Source of the DNA: Nannocystales bacterium
GTDB lineage: Bacteria; Myxococcota_A; Polyangia; Nannocystales; Nannocystaceae
Direction of reading: 5' to 3'
Assembly: GCA_050633305.1 (NCBI GenBank)
Contig: JBOEGF010000001.1
Span: 64,001 to 128,000 of the forward strand
Length of the DNA: 64,000 bases
Positions 18,966 to 31,893 of the stretch are shown here, piece by piece. Under the pieces are notes generated by a model, which saw only the letters and a program-made list of their open reading frames with translations, did not search any database and was not told the DNA's origin. Position 1 is the stretch's first letter. Each line of letters starts with the position of its first letter. The position numbers were made by a program, and so were the translations under genes.

Positions 18966-19877
18966 TCAATCTGCCCCGGGCGTGATGGGGGCGGGGTCGG
19001 AGTCGGTCGATCTCGTGCGGTCGAGGAAGCGATCGATCGACGCCGCGATGAGGTCCGCGTGCCCGAACAGGCTTCCGTGGGTGCCCTCGCGGAGCACGAC
19101 AAGCTCGGCCTGAGGTGCGTGCGCCTTCATCGGCCGTCCGACGGTGGATGCGGGCGCAAAGCTGTCCCGCTCTCCTGTGATGATGAGCAGAGGGGGTTGG
19201 AGGTTTGCGAGGCGCGGCCGAAGGTCGAGGGCGCCAGCGCTGAGGAGCATTTCGCGGACGGTGGGGGCGTCCACCCGGCTGAGGTGCGTGGTGACCTTGT
19301 GCAGGTCGGCGCGGGATGTCTCCGGGCCGAATAGACCCATCAACCGGCCCGTGGCGTACGTCGCGGGCGAGCGTGCCGCCAGGTTGAGCGCGCCGTGGAG
19401 CAGGTGCACGGATCGGCCTGGCAAGCGTTCCAGCAACGCGGCTGCCGTTCTGCCGCCGACCCCCCACAGGGCGGTGTCGAACAAGCCTCCGGCCGGGCCC
19501 AGCAGACTCACCACGGCGTCGAAGCGTTGTGGGGACTCGAGCCCCGCGAGCAGGGCGACCTGCGAGCCCATGGAAAAGCCCACGACGCTCGCCCGCTCGA
19601 CCTCCAGAGTGTCGAGCAAGTCCACACAAACGTCGGCCAGCGCAGGCAGGTGCGCGGAGGGGGGGCTGCCCGCGGGACTCGAGGTGCCGTGCCCGGGGTA
19701 GTCCCACTGAATCAGCCGTCGGTCGGGCCAGCGCTGCACGGCGCCGTCCCAAAAGTCGTGCGTCGTCGTGACGCCGTTGCACAGCAGCATCCACGGGCCA
19801 CGCTCTCCGAGCACTCGGAAGTTGATCCGCGTGCCGTCATTGCGCTGAAGCTGTCCTTCGCGAGTCGCTGTCGCCAC
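18966..19877 (-). CDS. Alpha/beta hydrolase
   Basis: WDYPGHG, VGFSMG nucleophile elbow, GERD, GTH. Confidence 0.9.
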   Translation of the reverse strand: MATATREGQLQRNDGTRINFRVLGERGPWMLLCNGVTTTHDFWDGAVQRWPDRRLIQWDYPGHGTSSPAGSPPSAHLPALADVCVDLLDTLEVERASVVGFSMGSQVALLAGLESPQRFDAVVSLLGPAGGLFDTALWGVGGRTAAALLERLPGRSVHLLHGALNLAARSPATYATGRLMGLFGPETSRADLHKVTTHLSRVDAPTVREMLLSAGALDLRPRLANLQPPLLIITGERDSFAPASTVGRPMKAHAPQAELVVLREGTHGSLFGHADLIAASIDRFLDRTRSTDSDPAPITPGAD

Positions 19878-19891
19878 CGTCCACGAGGCTA

Positions 19892-20509
19892 TCAGTCGAT
19901 GCGCTCCACCCGGGCCCGGCCCCTCGTGGCATCCCGAATGTTGACTCGAAGCGCTTCCTCGCGATCGACTGCCACCTCAACGTGGCGGCGCACGTCGCTG
20001 CCGTACTCGGCCGACAGTTCGGTCGCACCGCCCTCGGTCAGGGCCCGCTCCACGTCGCCGGCCTCCGCATACCCGTGCACGACACGCAGGACGAGTTTGG
20101 GGACGTAGGGCTCGGTCAGCCCTGCGTCGAGGGCGGCAGCCGCGGCCGACCCGTAGGCGCGCACCAACCCACCAACGCCGAGCTTCGTGCCGCCGTAGTA
20201 GCGGGTCACGATCACCGCGACGTTGAGCAAGTTGCGACCTTGGAGCTGGGCGAGGATCGGTCGGCCGGCGGAACCCCCGGGTTCCCCATCGTCGTTGGCG
20301 CGCTCGAGGCTTGGAGTGGCAAGGCGCCAGGCCGAACAGTGGTGCGTTGCATCGGGCATCTCGGCCCGGAGTTCACCGAGCGCTGCTTTGGCCCCTTGCT
20401 CGTCTGTGATCGGAATGGCGGTCGCGATGAAGCGGGAGCCCTTGGTGGGCTCGGGTTCGACCCGGATGCGCTGGAGGAGCTGCATCGGGCATTGTTCGTC
20501 CTGCGCCAC
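19892..20509 (-). CDS. yigZ: YigZ/IMPACT family protein
   Basis: KGSRFIA, ATHHCSAW, DDGEPGGSAGRPIL, VTRYYGGTKLGVGGLVRAY. Confidence 0.92.
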   Translation of the reverse strand: MAQDEQCPMQLLQRIRVEPEPTKGSRFIATAIPITDEQGAKAALGELRAEMPDATHHCSAWRLATPSLERANDDGEPGGSAGRPILAQLQGRNLLNVAVIVTRYYGGTKLGVGGLVRAYGSAAAAALDAGLTEPYVPKLVLRVVHGYAEAGDVERALTEGGATELSAEYGSDVRRHVEVAVDREEALRVNIRDATRGRARVERID

Positions 20510-20528
20510 GCTTGCGGACGATACGACG

Positions 20529-20993
20529 TCACCCGCCGCTGAGGGATGCGCAGCCGCTGCCGATCTCGATCTTCCTCGTTCCGTCTGCGACGGTGAAGCT
20601 CGAGACTCCGTTTTGACTGTCGTCGACGATCCAGAACATGTCTCCGGGCATGAAGCTATGGCTGGTCGACGTGTTGCTGGACAGGCTCGAGTAGGTGCCG
20701 CTGCCGAACTTGGGCTTGTCCCCGAAGAAGATCTTCACGGTCTCCGAGCAGGTGTTGCGCAGGGTGACGCTGACCGGTTTGGGAGGAGCGGGTGCCGACT
20801 CGGCGGGGTCTGGGGTGCTCGGGGCCGAGGCGAACTCGGTCTGCGGGGCGGGTGCCTCGCCTGCGCTCGGGGCTGGTGCAGAGCCTGCGGGTGCCGCGCT
20901 ACTGGTCATGCTGGACCACAGCGAGCACGCTCCGACGCTCGGGACGAGGGCGACAAGGGCGAGCATGCGGACGGACGCGAGCCGGACGGTCAT
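20529..20993 (-). CDS. Hypothetical lipoprotein
   Basis: Lipobox VGAC, Pro/Ala linker, small beta domain; start 20993 or 20966. Confidence 0.7.
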   Translation of the reverse strand: MTVRLASVRMLALVALVPSVGACSLWSSMTSSAAPAGSAPAPSAGEAPAPQTEFASAPSTPDPAESAPAPPKPVSVTLRNTCSETVKIFFGDKPKFGSGTYSSLSSNTSTSHSFMPGDMFWIVDDSQNGVSSFTVADGTRKIEIGSGCASLSGG

Positions 20994-21005
20994 GGTCGTC
21001 GGTAG

Positions 21006-21021
21006 AGCAACGCTCGTGCCA
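21006..21021 (-). promoter_or_regulatory. sigma54 -24/-12 promoter (consensus match)
   Basis: TGGCACG-AGCG-TTGCT, a full consensus match directly upstream of the lipoprotein gene. Confidence 0.8.
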
Positions 21022-21144
21022 TCTCGAGAACATCCTGGTGTTGGGTCGCTTGGCCGCGCCGGGGGTGCCAATCTGGGAAGACGGCTCCGGTTTGCGGGCA
21101 CAATTGGGGTGGCGGCGGCCGCTGCTGCGGGTAGGCTCGCTCCC

Positions 21145-21525
21145 ATGGCCGAAGCCAAAGGCTACGACGACCTGATCACCGAGGAGCAGGTGGAGCAGAT
21201 CATGAGCGAGGAGGGCGGCGCCGTGGTGCTCGACTTCTGGTCTCAGACCTGCGGCCCCTGCCTCGCCATGGCAGACGACTTCGCTCATGTCTCGCAGCAG
21301 TTCGAGGAAGGGGAAGTCCGCTTCTGCAAAGTGGACGTGACCGAGTACGGCAACCTCGCCGTCCCATTCAAAGTGCGCTCCGTTCCGACGATCCTCTTCG
21401 TCAACAACGGAAAGATCCTCGATGCAGTCGTGGGCAAGTTGAGCGCGGAGCAGCTGGGGGCGAAGGCGGAGTGGTTGTTGGGCAAGTCCCAACGTAAAGG
21501 CTTGCTCTCGAAGATCTTCGGCTAG
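21145..21525 (+). CDS. Thioredoxin family protein
   Basis: VLDFWSQTCGPC, KVDV, VRSVPT. Confidence 0.9.
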   Translation: MAEAKGYDDLITEEQVEQIMSEEGGAVVLDFWSQTCGPCLAMADDFAHVSQQFEEGEVRFCKVDVTEYGNLAVPFKVRSVPTILFVNNGKILDAVVGKLSAEQLGAKAEWLLGKSQRKGLLSKIFG

Positions 21526-21585
21526 GCCGCCGAGGGCTGCACGGATGCTGGCGGGTCGACGCCCAGTGGCTGGTACCGTGCTCGC

Positions 21586-22482
21586 GTGAGCAAGCCGTTC
21601 TCCACCCCGTTGTCGCGCAAGCTCGGACTCACCTATCCGCTGGTCGCCGCACCGATGTTCATCATCTCCAACAAGGAGATGATCGTCGCAGCTGCGGAGG
21701 CGGGGATCCTCGGCACGATGCCGAGCCTCAACGCCCGGACTCCCGAGGCGTTCGAGGCCGATCTCAAGTGGATCCGGAGCAAGACGGACAAGTCGTTCGG
21801 CATCAACGTCACGATTGGATTGACCGACCCCGAGCGACTGCAGCAGGACGTGGAGCTGTGCTTTGAGTACGAGGTCCCGGTTCTACTCACCAGCTACGGC
21901 AACCCCACCGAGATTGTCAAACAAGCCCACGCACGCGGCGTGACGGTCTTTCACGACGTCATCGGGCTTCGACACGCTCAGAAAGCGGAGCAGGCGGGTG
22001 TGGACGGCATCATCGCGGTCAGCCAAGGCGCAGGCGGTCACGCGGGCCAGGTGAACCCATACGTCCTGATCCCCTACCTGCGGCGCAGCGTCGACGTCCC
22101 GATCATCTCGGCGGGCTGCATCAGTGGCGGAGACCAAGTCGCGGCAGCGCTCGCGTTGGGTGCAGAGCTGGCGTACATGGGGACGCGTTTCATCGCGTCG
22201 GCGGAGTGCGGTGCACCGCAGGCCTACAAGGACATGGTCGTCGACGCGACACACAACGACGTCGTCTACACGGACCAGGTGTCAGGGGTTCATGCCAACT
22301 TCCTCAAGCAAACGTTGCCCGAGGACGGGACACCGACCCGGGGGCCCGACGCCGCTAAACGCTGGAAGGACATCTGGAGCGCCGGGCAGGGCGTGTCGTT
22401 GATTCAGGAGGTCGCGCCGATCGAGGACATCGTGCAGGCGATCGTCCGCGAGTATCACGACGCGATCGGCCGGCTGCAGTAG
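21586..22482 (+). CDS. Nitronate monooxygenase / FabK-like flavin oxidoreductase
   Basis: APMFIIS, GAGGHAG, AYMGTRFIA, WKDIWSAGQG. Confidence 0.9.
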   Translation: MSKPFSTPLSRKLGLTYPLVAAPMFIISNKEMIVAAAEAGILGTMPSLNARTPEAFEADLKWIRSKTDKSFGINVTIGLTDPERLQQDVELCFEYEVPVLLTSYGNPTEIVKQAHARGVTVFHDVIGLRHAQKAEQAGVDGIIAVSQGAGGHAGQVNPYVLIPYLRRSVDVPIISAGCISGGDQVAAALALGAELAYMGTRFIASAECGAPQAYKDMVVDATHNDVVYTDQVSGVHANFLKQTLPEDGTPTRGPDAAKRWKDIWSAGQGVSLIQEVAPIEDIVQAIVREYHDAIGRLQ

Positions 22483-22515
22483 CGCTCGCCCGTCTTCGGC
22501 CTCGAAGGACGCCCC

Positions 22516-23103
22516 TTAGTGGGTGACGACCGAGCCGCGGTGTTGCGCACCCTCGGCGTCGAGGCAGGTCACGTCGATTCGCTTGAGTCCGGTGGGGATG
22601 CCGAGGACCTTCTTGGCCACCAATCGGGATCCGGTCAGCTCGCACCCGTCAATGACGCCCTCCTTGGTCTTGACCGAAGCGGTCGCCCGGGTTTGGCCGT
22701 CTTCGAGATCGACCGCGAAGACGTACGCCTTCTTGCGCCCCTGCTTGATCCGAATGTCCCAACCCGCGTCGCGCTCTTTGTAGTCGATGTCGATGTGGCG
22801 TCGGACGCCCTTGCCGAACGGACTGCGGGCGTTGGCGTCGGAGGTGTCGAGCCACCACATGCGCACGGCAGCGAGGGAATCTGGCTCGCCCTCGGAGACC
22901 CAGGCATCGATCGCGATCTCGTACTTGTCGTTGGGGTGGAAGTCTTGGTCGATCCGTAGCACCGAGTGGTGCGCGAAACCGGCCGGAGCGAGATCGGCAG
23001 CCGCCATCCGGTGGTAGGGGACCACGCCGGAGGCGTTCACCACAGCGGGAGCGGCAGCAAGGACGAGAGCGGAGAGAGCGAGGAGCGTCTTTCGGGTGGT
23101 CAT
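22516..23103 (-). CDS. Exported hypothetical protein (DUF4833-like C-terminus)
   Basis: Signal peptide MTTRKTLLALSALVLAA; C-terminal KKVLGIPTGLKRIDV. Confidence 0.6.
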   Translation of the reverse strand: MTTRKTLLALSALVLAAAPAVVNASGVVPYHRMAAADLAPAGFAHHSVLRIDQDFHPNDKYEIAIDAWVSEGEPDSLAAVRMWWLDTSDANARSPFGKGVRRHIDIDYKERDAGWDIRIKQGRKKAYVFAVDLEDGQTRATASVKTKEGVIDGCELTGSRLVAKKVLGIPTGLKRIDVTCLDAEGAQHRGSVVTH

Positions 23104-23131
23104 GGTCGTAGCGCCTTCTGCCAGGTGGGAG

Positions 23132-23147
23132 TGCAGTTCGCGTTCCA
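23132..23147 (-). promoter_or_regulatory. Putative sigma54 -24/-12 promoter
   Basis: TGGAACG-CGAA-CTGCA about 28 bp upstream of the ATG at 23103. Confidence 0.65.
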
Positions 23148-23333
23148 ATCGATCGCGCGGAAGCTTGGACGTTGCCGAACGCCCAAGTACGCATCGCCCG
23201 GGCACCTACTCAGACGAGCTTGACCCCTGTGGTGTTGCAAGTCGCCATCATCAGGCTGTGGCAATGTCCCCACAGCTCTGGCGCAAAACGACGCTGAACC
23301 CTCGTGAGATGCGCAGGATTCGCAGAACCTGGC

Positions 23334-27881
<4,548 letters not shown>

Positions 27882-27903
27882 GAGGCGGATGATACGTCAG
27901 CGG

Positions 27904-27931
27904 TCCGCGTCACGCCTCGCTGTGACGCGGA
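27904..27931. other. Intergenic hairpin (10-bp stem, 8-nt loop)
   Basis: tccgcgtcac-gcctcgct-gtgacgcgga between the glycosyltransferase and the fusion gene. Confidence 0.6.
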
Positions 27932-27962
27932 GTCCGTGTGACGAAACCGCATCCGCGGGGCG

Positions 27963-28751
27963 TCAGCGCTGTCGGCCCTGTCGGTAGCTCTCGAGCATGA
28001 GCAGCCCGAAGAAGGGAAGGTCGTCGCGGAGGTAACGGGCTGTCAGCCGTTTGGGCTCCTGGGCCATGCGGTGGAGCCACTCGAGCCCCGTCTGCTGCAT
28101 CCAGCCCGGCGCACGCGGCGTTTCGTTGCACAGGAAGCTAAACGTGATCCCGATGCCGATGAACCAGGCCTTGGGGTAACGGGCACGCAGGGCCGCGATG
28201 GCGTGCTCCTGCTTGGGAGATCCGAAGCCGACCAGAATGATGTCGGGTTCTGCGCTGGCCTGGTCGATCTGCTCGGCGATCGCGTCTGTCTCCGCCGGGG
28301 TGATCGGGGAGGAGATGAACGGCGCCTGCGTCCCGACGATTCGAAGTCCGGGCATGTCGCGCTCGGTCGCCTCGCGGGCCCGCTGTGCGACATCGCCTTT
28401 GCCTCCCAACAGGTAGACCGTTCGTCCGGTCTGAGCTGCCCGCTGAAGCAGGTCCACCGTCATGCTCGAGCCCGCGACCCGCTCCGGCAGCGGTTCGTGC
28501 CGGAGCTGGCTGGCCCAGACCAAGGGCATGCCGTCGGCCACGATGAGGTCCGCCTGGTCGTAGAGATCCCGCGAGGCCGGGTCCAGAACGTAGCGACGCA
28601 AGATGTCGAGATTGGCGGTCACGATCCAACCACCGCGGCCAGCATCGAGCTCGCCGAAGAGGTGGTCGAGAAGACCCTCGGTGTCGATGTCGGCGATCGG
28701 CATGCCGAACATGTCGAGCAAGCGCGGGGACTCGGCGGACGGGGCACTCAC
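27963..28751 (-). CDS. WecB/TagA/CpsF family glycosyltransferase (GT26)
   Basis: IVTANLD, ADGMPLVW, ERVAGS, VYLLGG, VGFGSPKQE, RAPGWMQQTGLEWLHR..QEPKRL. Confidence 0.95.
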   Translation of the reverse strand: MSAPSAESPRLLDMFGMPIADIDTEGLLDHLFGELDAGRGGWIVTANLDILRRYVLDPASRDLYDQADLIVADGMPLVWASQLRHEPLPERVAGSSMTVDLLQRAAQTGRTVYLLGGKGDVAQRAREATERDMPGLRIVGTQAPFISSPITPAETDAIAEQIDQASAEPDIILVGFGSPKQEHAIAALRARYPKAWFIGIGITFSFLCNETPRAPGWMQQTGLEWLHRMAQEPKRLTARYLRDDLPFFGLLMLESYRQGRQR

Positions 28752-28837
28752 AGGCGGTCAGTGTCGACGCCCGCGGCTCGCTGCGCAAGCCTCGAGCGGG
28801 TGTCTGTGCTCGGGGTCGGAGTGTGGCAGTGTGAGGC

Positions 28838-29224
28838 ATGGAACTCGGGGCGTTTTCTGTCAGCCTGACTGTCCAAGACCTCGACGTGTCGAAGGCGTTC
28901 TACGAAAAACTGGGGTTCGAGGTGACCGGGGGGAACGCAGAGCAGGGGTGGCTGATCCTGCTCAACGGCACGACGACGATCGGGCTGTTTCACGGGATGT
29001 TCGACCGCAACCTGCTGACCTTCAACCCCGGCTGGAACAAGGACAAGACGCCCAAGGACGCCTTTGAAGATGTGCGAGCGCTGCACGCCTCACTGAAGGC
29101 GGCCGGGCTGGAGGTCTCTGCGGAGGCGGGGTTGGACGGAACCGGGCCGGGGAGCTTCATGGTGGTCGATCCCGACGGCAACCCTGTGCTGATCGACCAG
29201 CACGTCCCGAAGCCCGGCCAGTAG
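28838..29224 (+). CDS. VOC/glyoxalase family protein
   Basis: MELGAFSVSLTVQDL..SKAFYEKLGF, LTFNPGW, DPDGNPVLIDQH. Confidence 0.92.
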   Translation: MELGAFSVSLTVQDLDVSKAFYEKLGFEVTGGNAEQGWLILLNGTTTIGLFHGMFDRNLLTFNPGWNKDKTPKDAFEDVRALHASLKAAGLEVSAEAGLDGTGPGSFMVVDPDGNPVLIDQHVPKPGQ

Positions 29225-29383
29225 CCACCGCTCCGCAGGGCCGGTCGTGTCGGTGCTTTCGCCGTGCAGGTTCCGGGGCCTGTGTCGTGGCGATGGAACC
29301 ATATCGAGCCGCGGCGCCGGAGCGGGGTTCAGCATCGGGAAGGCATCCACGTGGGGCTGGATTAGAGAGTACCTGAGCCCGTC

Positions 29384-30265
29384 ATGCGCCTGGTCACCAA
29401 CCCAGGGACGAATCTGTCTCCGAATGTCGTCGCCGAGCACGGCATCGCGGTCTTGCCGCAACACATCATCGTGGACGACGTGCACCACGACACGCGGGCC
29501 GGGGTCGATCTCGCGACGATCGATGCGTGGGTCAGAGACGCGAGGGTCCACCCCTATGTTCTGGGGACCTCGGCCGCACAGACCGCGGGGCATCTGAGTC
29601 GGCTGGGCGCGGAGGATCCCGAGTTGCTCGTGGTCACGGCGTCGCGAACCCTGATCCAGTCGTACGCCGGGTGCGTCTCCGCGGCGAAGACCCTGCAGCG
29701 GTACCCCAAGTGGGCACACCTCAAGATCCGGGCGGTCGACAGCGGTTCGGCGGACGTTGCGACGGGGATGGCGACCCTCTACGCCGCCCGGGCGAGCGCG
29801 GCTGGATTCGGCCTCGAGCAGGTCGCGTTGATGACCGAGAAGTTTGCCGCCGCGACGCAGGCGGCGTTCGTGGTCCAAGAGCTCGACTACTTGGTCAAGG
29901 GAGGCCGGGCGAGCTTCTTGAAAGCCTGGACGGCGAAGTTCTTGGGCATCCGTCCGATCCTCGGCCTGTCCGAAGGCGTCATCGCACCCGTCGGTCGGTT
30001 TCGCGCTTCGTCCGACCCCACCGAGGCCCTCTTCAATTGGACGCTCAAGTCGCTCGGTGCGTCCGCGGGCCATCGTCTGTCCATCGGGGTTTCCCACGGC
30101 GGGTGCCCTGAACTCGCCGTGAGTCTCGCCGATAAACTCGGGCGGGAGCTCAATGTCCGCGAGCGGCTCGTTCGGCCCCTGGCCGCCGGTGTGTACCTGC
30201 ATGGCGGACCCGGATGCATCATCGTGGCATTCACGGACTTGAACCAACTCGACTGGGTTCCCTGA
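29384..30265 (+). CDS. DegV family (fatty-acid-binding) protein
   Basis: VDS, LDYLVKGGR, IRPIL, HGGPG. Confidence 0.85.
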   Translation: MRLVTNPGTNLSPNVVAEHGIAVLPQHIIVDDVHHDTRAGVDLATIDAWVRDARVHPYVLGTSAAQTAGHLSRLGAEDPELLVVTASRTLIQSYAGCVSAAKTLQRYPKWAHLKIRAVDSGSADVATGMATLYAARASAAGFGLEQVALMTEKFAAATQAAFVVQELDYLVKGGRASFLKAWTAKFLGIRPILGLSEGVIAPVGRFRASSDPTEALFNWTLKSLGASAGHRLSIGVSHGGCPELAVSLADKLGRELNVRERLVRPLAAGVYLHGGPGCIIVAFTDLNQLDWVP

Positions 30266-30291
30266 GTCGAGCCCGTGTTGTCTGCCGCGTG

Positions 30292-31194
30292 CTACTGCGC
30301 ATTCACGAAGCGCTCGACGACGAGGTCGATGAACGCACGTGCCGATGCCTTCATCAGCTGCCGCTGCGGGTAGACCACGCTCAACTGAGAGTTCCCTCCG
30401 AGCGTTCGGGGGAGGACATGGATCAGCTCGCCACTGCCTAGCGCTGCCTCGCAGACGAAGCGTGGCAAGAGCGCGACGCCGAGTCCGAGGCGGGCGGCCC
30501 GAAAACGTAGCGAGTGTTCGTTGGCCGCCAACCCGCCGTGAACCCTGACCTTCCCCCCGTCGCGCAGGGGCCAGTGGGTCTCGGGGCGAAGCCCTCGCTC
30601 GAAGCCCACGAGACACCGGTGCTTGGTCAGATCGGCGAGACGGCGAAGCCGGCCTGACCTCTCCAGGTATGCCGGCGAGGCCACCGCGACTTGCTCCGTT
30701 GTCCTGAGTCGACGCATGGTCAGACCGAGATCGAGCGCCGCTCCGGCCCTGAGCGCCACATCGATGTTGCGCGCAAGCATGTCCTCGTGGGCAAGGGAGG
30801 TGATGACCTCGAGTTCGACTTCTGGGTATCTCTGCATGAACTCGATGAGGATGTCACCGAACACGGTCTCTCGGCTCAGTCCTTGAACCGGGGGGGTCGA
30901 GACTCGGAGCAGCCCGCGTGGCCGATCGTCGGCCCGCCGCACCACGCCGGCAGCTGCCTTGGCGGCCTCCCACGCCGACCGAGCGTGAGGGAAGAACGCC
31001 TCTCCGGCGTCCGTCAGGTGCAGGCGCCGCGTGGTCCGTTGAACCAGCCGAATTTCGAGTTTGTCCTCCAAACGCTGGAGCCGCCCGCTGATCGTGGCCC
31101 GCGGCAAACCCAGCTCACGCGCTGCGCCGCTGACCGACCCGGTGATGACGACCTGTACAAAGGCCGCCAACTCGCTGGTTTCAGGGGTCTCCAA
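30292..31194 (-). CDS. LysR family transcriptional regulator
   Basis: FVQVVITGSVSGAARELGLPRATIS.RLQRLE..L..RLVQRTTRRLHLT. Confidence 0.95.
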   Translation of the reverse strand: METPETSELAAFVQVVITGSVSGAARELGLPRATISGRLQRLEDKLEIRLVQRTTRRLHLTDAGEAFFPHARSAWEAAKAAAGVVRRADDRPRGLLRVSTPPVQGLSRETVFGDILIEFMQRYPEVELEVITSLAHEDMLARNIDVALRAGAALDLGLTMRRLRTTEQVAVASPAYLERSGRLRRLADLTKHRCLVGFERGLRPETHWPLRDGGKVRVHGGLAANEHSLRFRAARLGLGVALLPRFVCEAALGSGELIHVLPRTLGGNSQLSVVYPQRQLMKASARAFIDLVVERFVNAQ

Positions 31195-31308
31195 GCTCTG
31201 TTCACTCCTCGCTCAACTCACCTCGGCCTATCTGTACGTTATTCCGTCATCTGACGACGATTATCCCTCATTCCGCCATCGAGCGCCAATGCCTACATTT
31301 GCGTCTTG

Positions 31309-31713
31309 ATGCACGAACGCACCGAATCCTCCGTCGTCCCGACCCGAAGAGGCAAGCTCGTCGCGTACTGGGCAACCACGGGTTTGCTCAGTCTGGCGTT
31401 GGTCGGGAGCGGGATCGCCAAGCTCACCTTGATGCCCGCACTCGTCGAGAGCATGGAACACCTCGGCTTCCCCACGCATCTGCTGAGGATGCTCGGGTTC
31501 TGGATGTTGCCCGGTGCGGCCGCACTGCTCGTTCCCCGGATGCCGCGCCTCAAAGAGTGGGCCTACGCAGGGGTGGTGTTTCAGATGACCGGGGCCGCGG
31601 CGGCACACCTCCTGGTCGGCGATACGATCGGACAGGCGTTCCCCCCGATCTTCCTGACGATGCTGGCGGTCGCGTCCTACCTGCTTCGCCCAGGTGACCG
31701 ACGCGGGGCGTGA
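31309..31713 (+). CDS. DoxX-like family membrane protein
   Basis: YWATT, HLGFP, LKEWAYAG; divergent from LysR. Confidence 0.85.
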   Translation: MHERTESSVVPTRRGKLVAYWATTGLLSLALVGSGIAKLTLMPALVESMEHLGFPTHLLRMLGFWMLPGAAALLVPRMPRLKEWAYAGVVFQMTGAAAAHLLVGDTIGQAFPPIFLTMLAVASYLLRPGDRRGA

Positions 31714-31893
31714 CGGTTGTGGAGACTCGATGCCGTCCTCATTCGGAACCCCGCGCACGAGTCGATTGCAGCTGCATGGAGGCGGCCGGGCGGAAATGCT
31801 CGATGCCGAGCCCGACGAGCAGGAGACACGGTTGTTCCGAGGCGGTCGAGTCGCAGCCGAAGAAGGCATACTGGAGGTCGACAAGGTCGACGG

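Noticed and set aside
21235..21262. Thioredoxin with TCGPC rather than WCGPC
   Set aside because: CGPC is intact; this is a minor variation without evidence of a new function.
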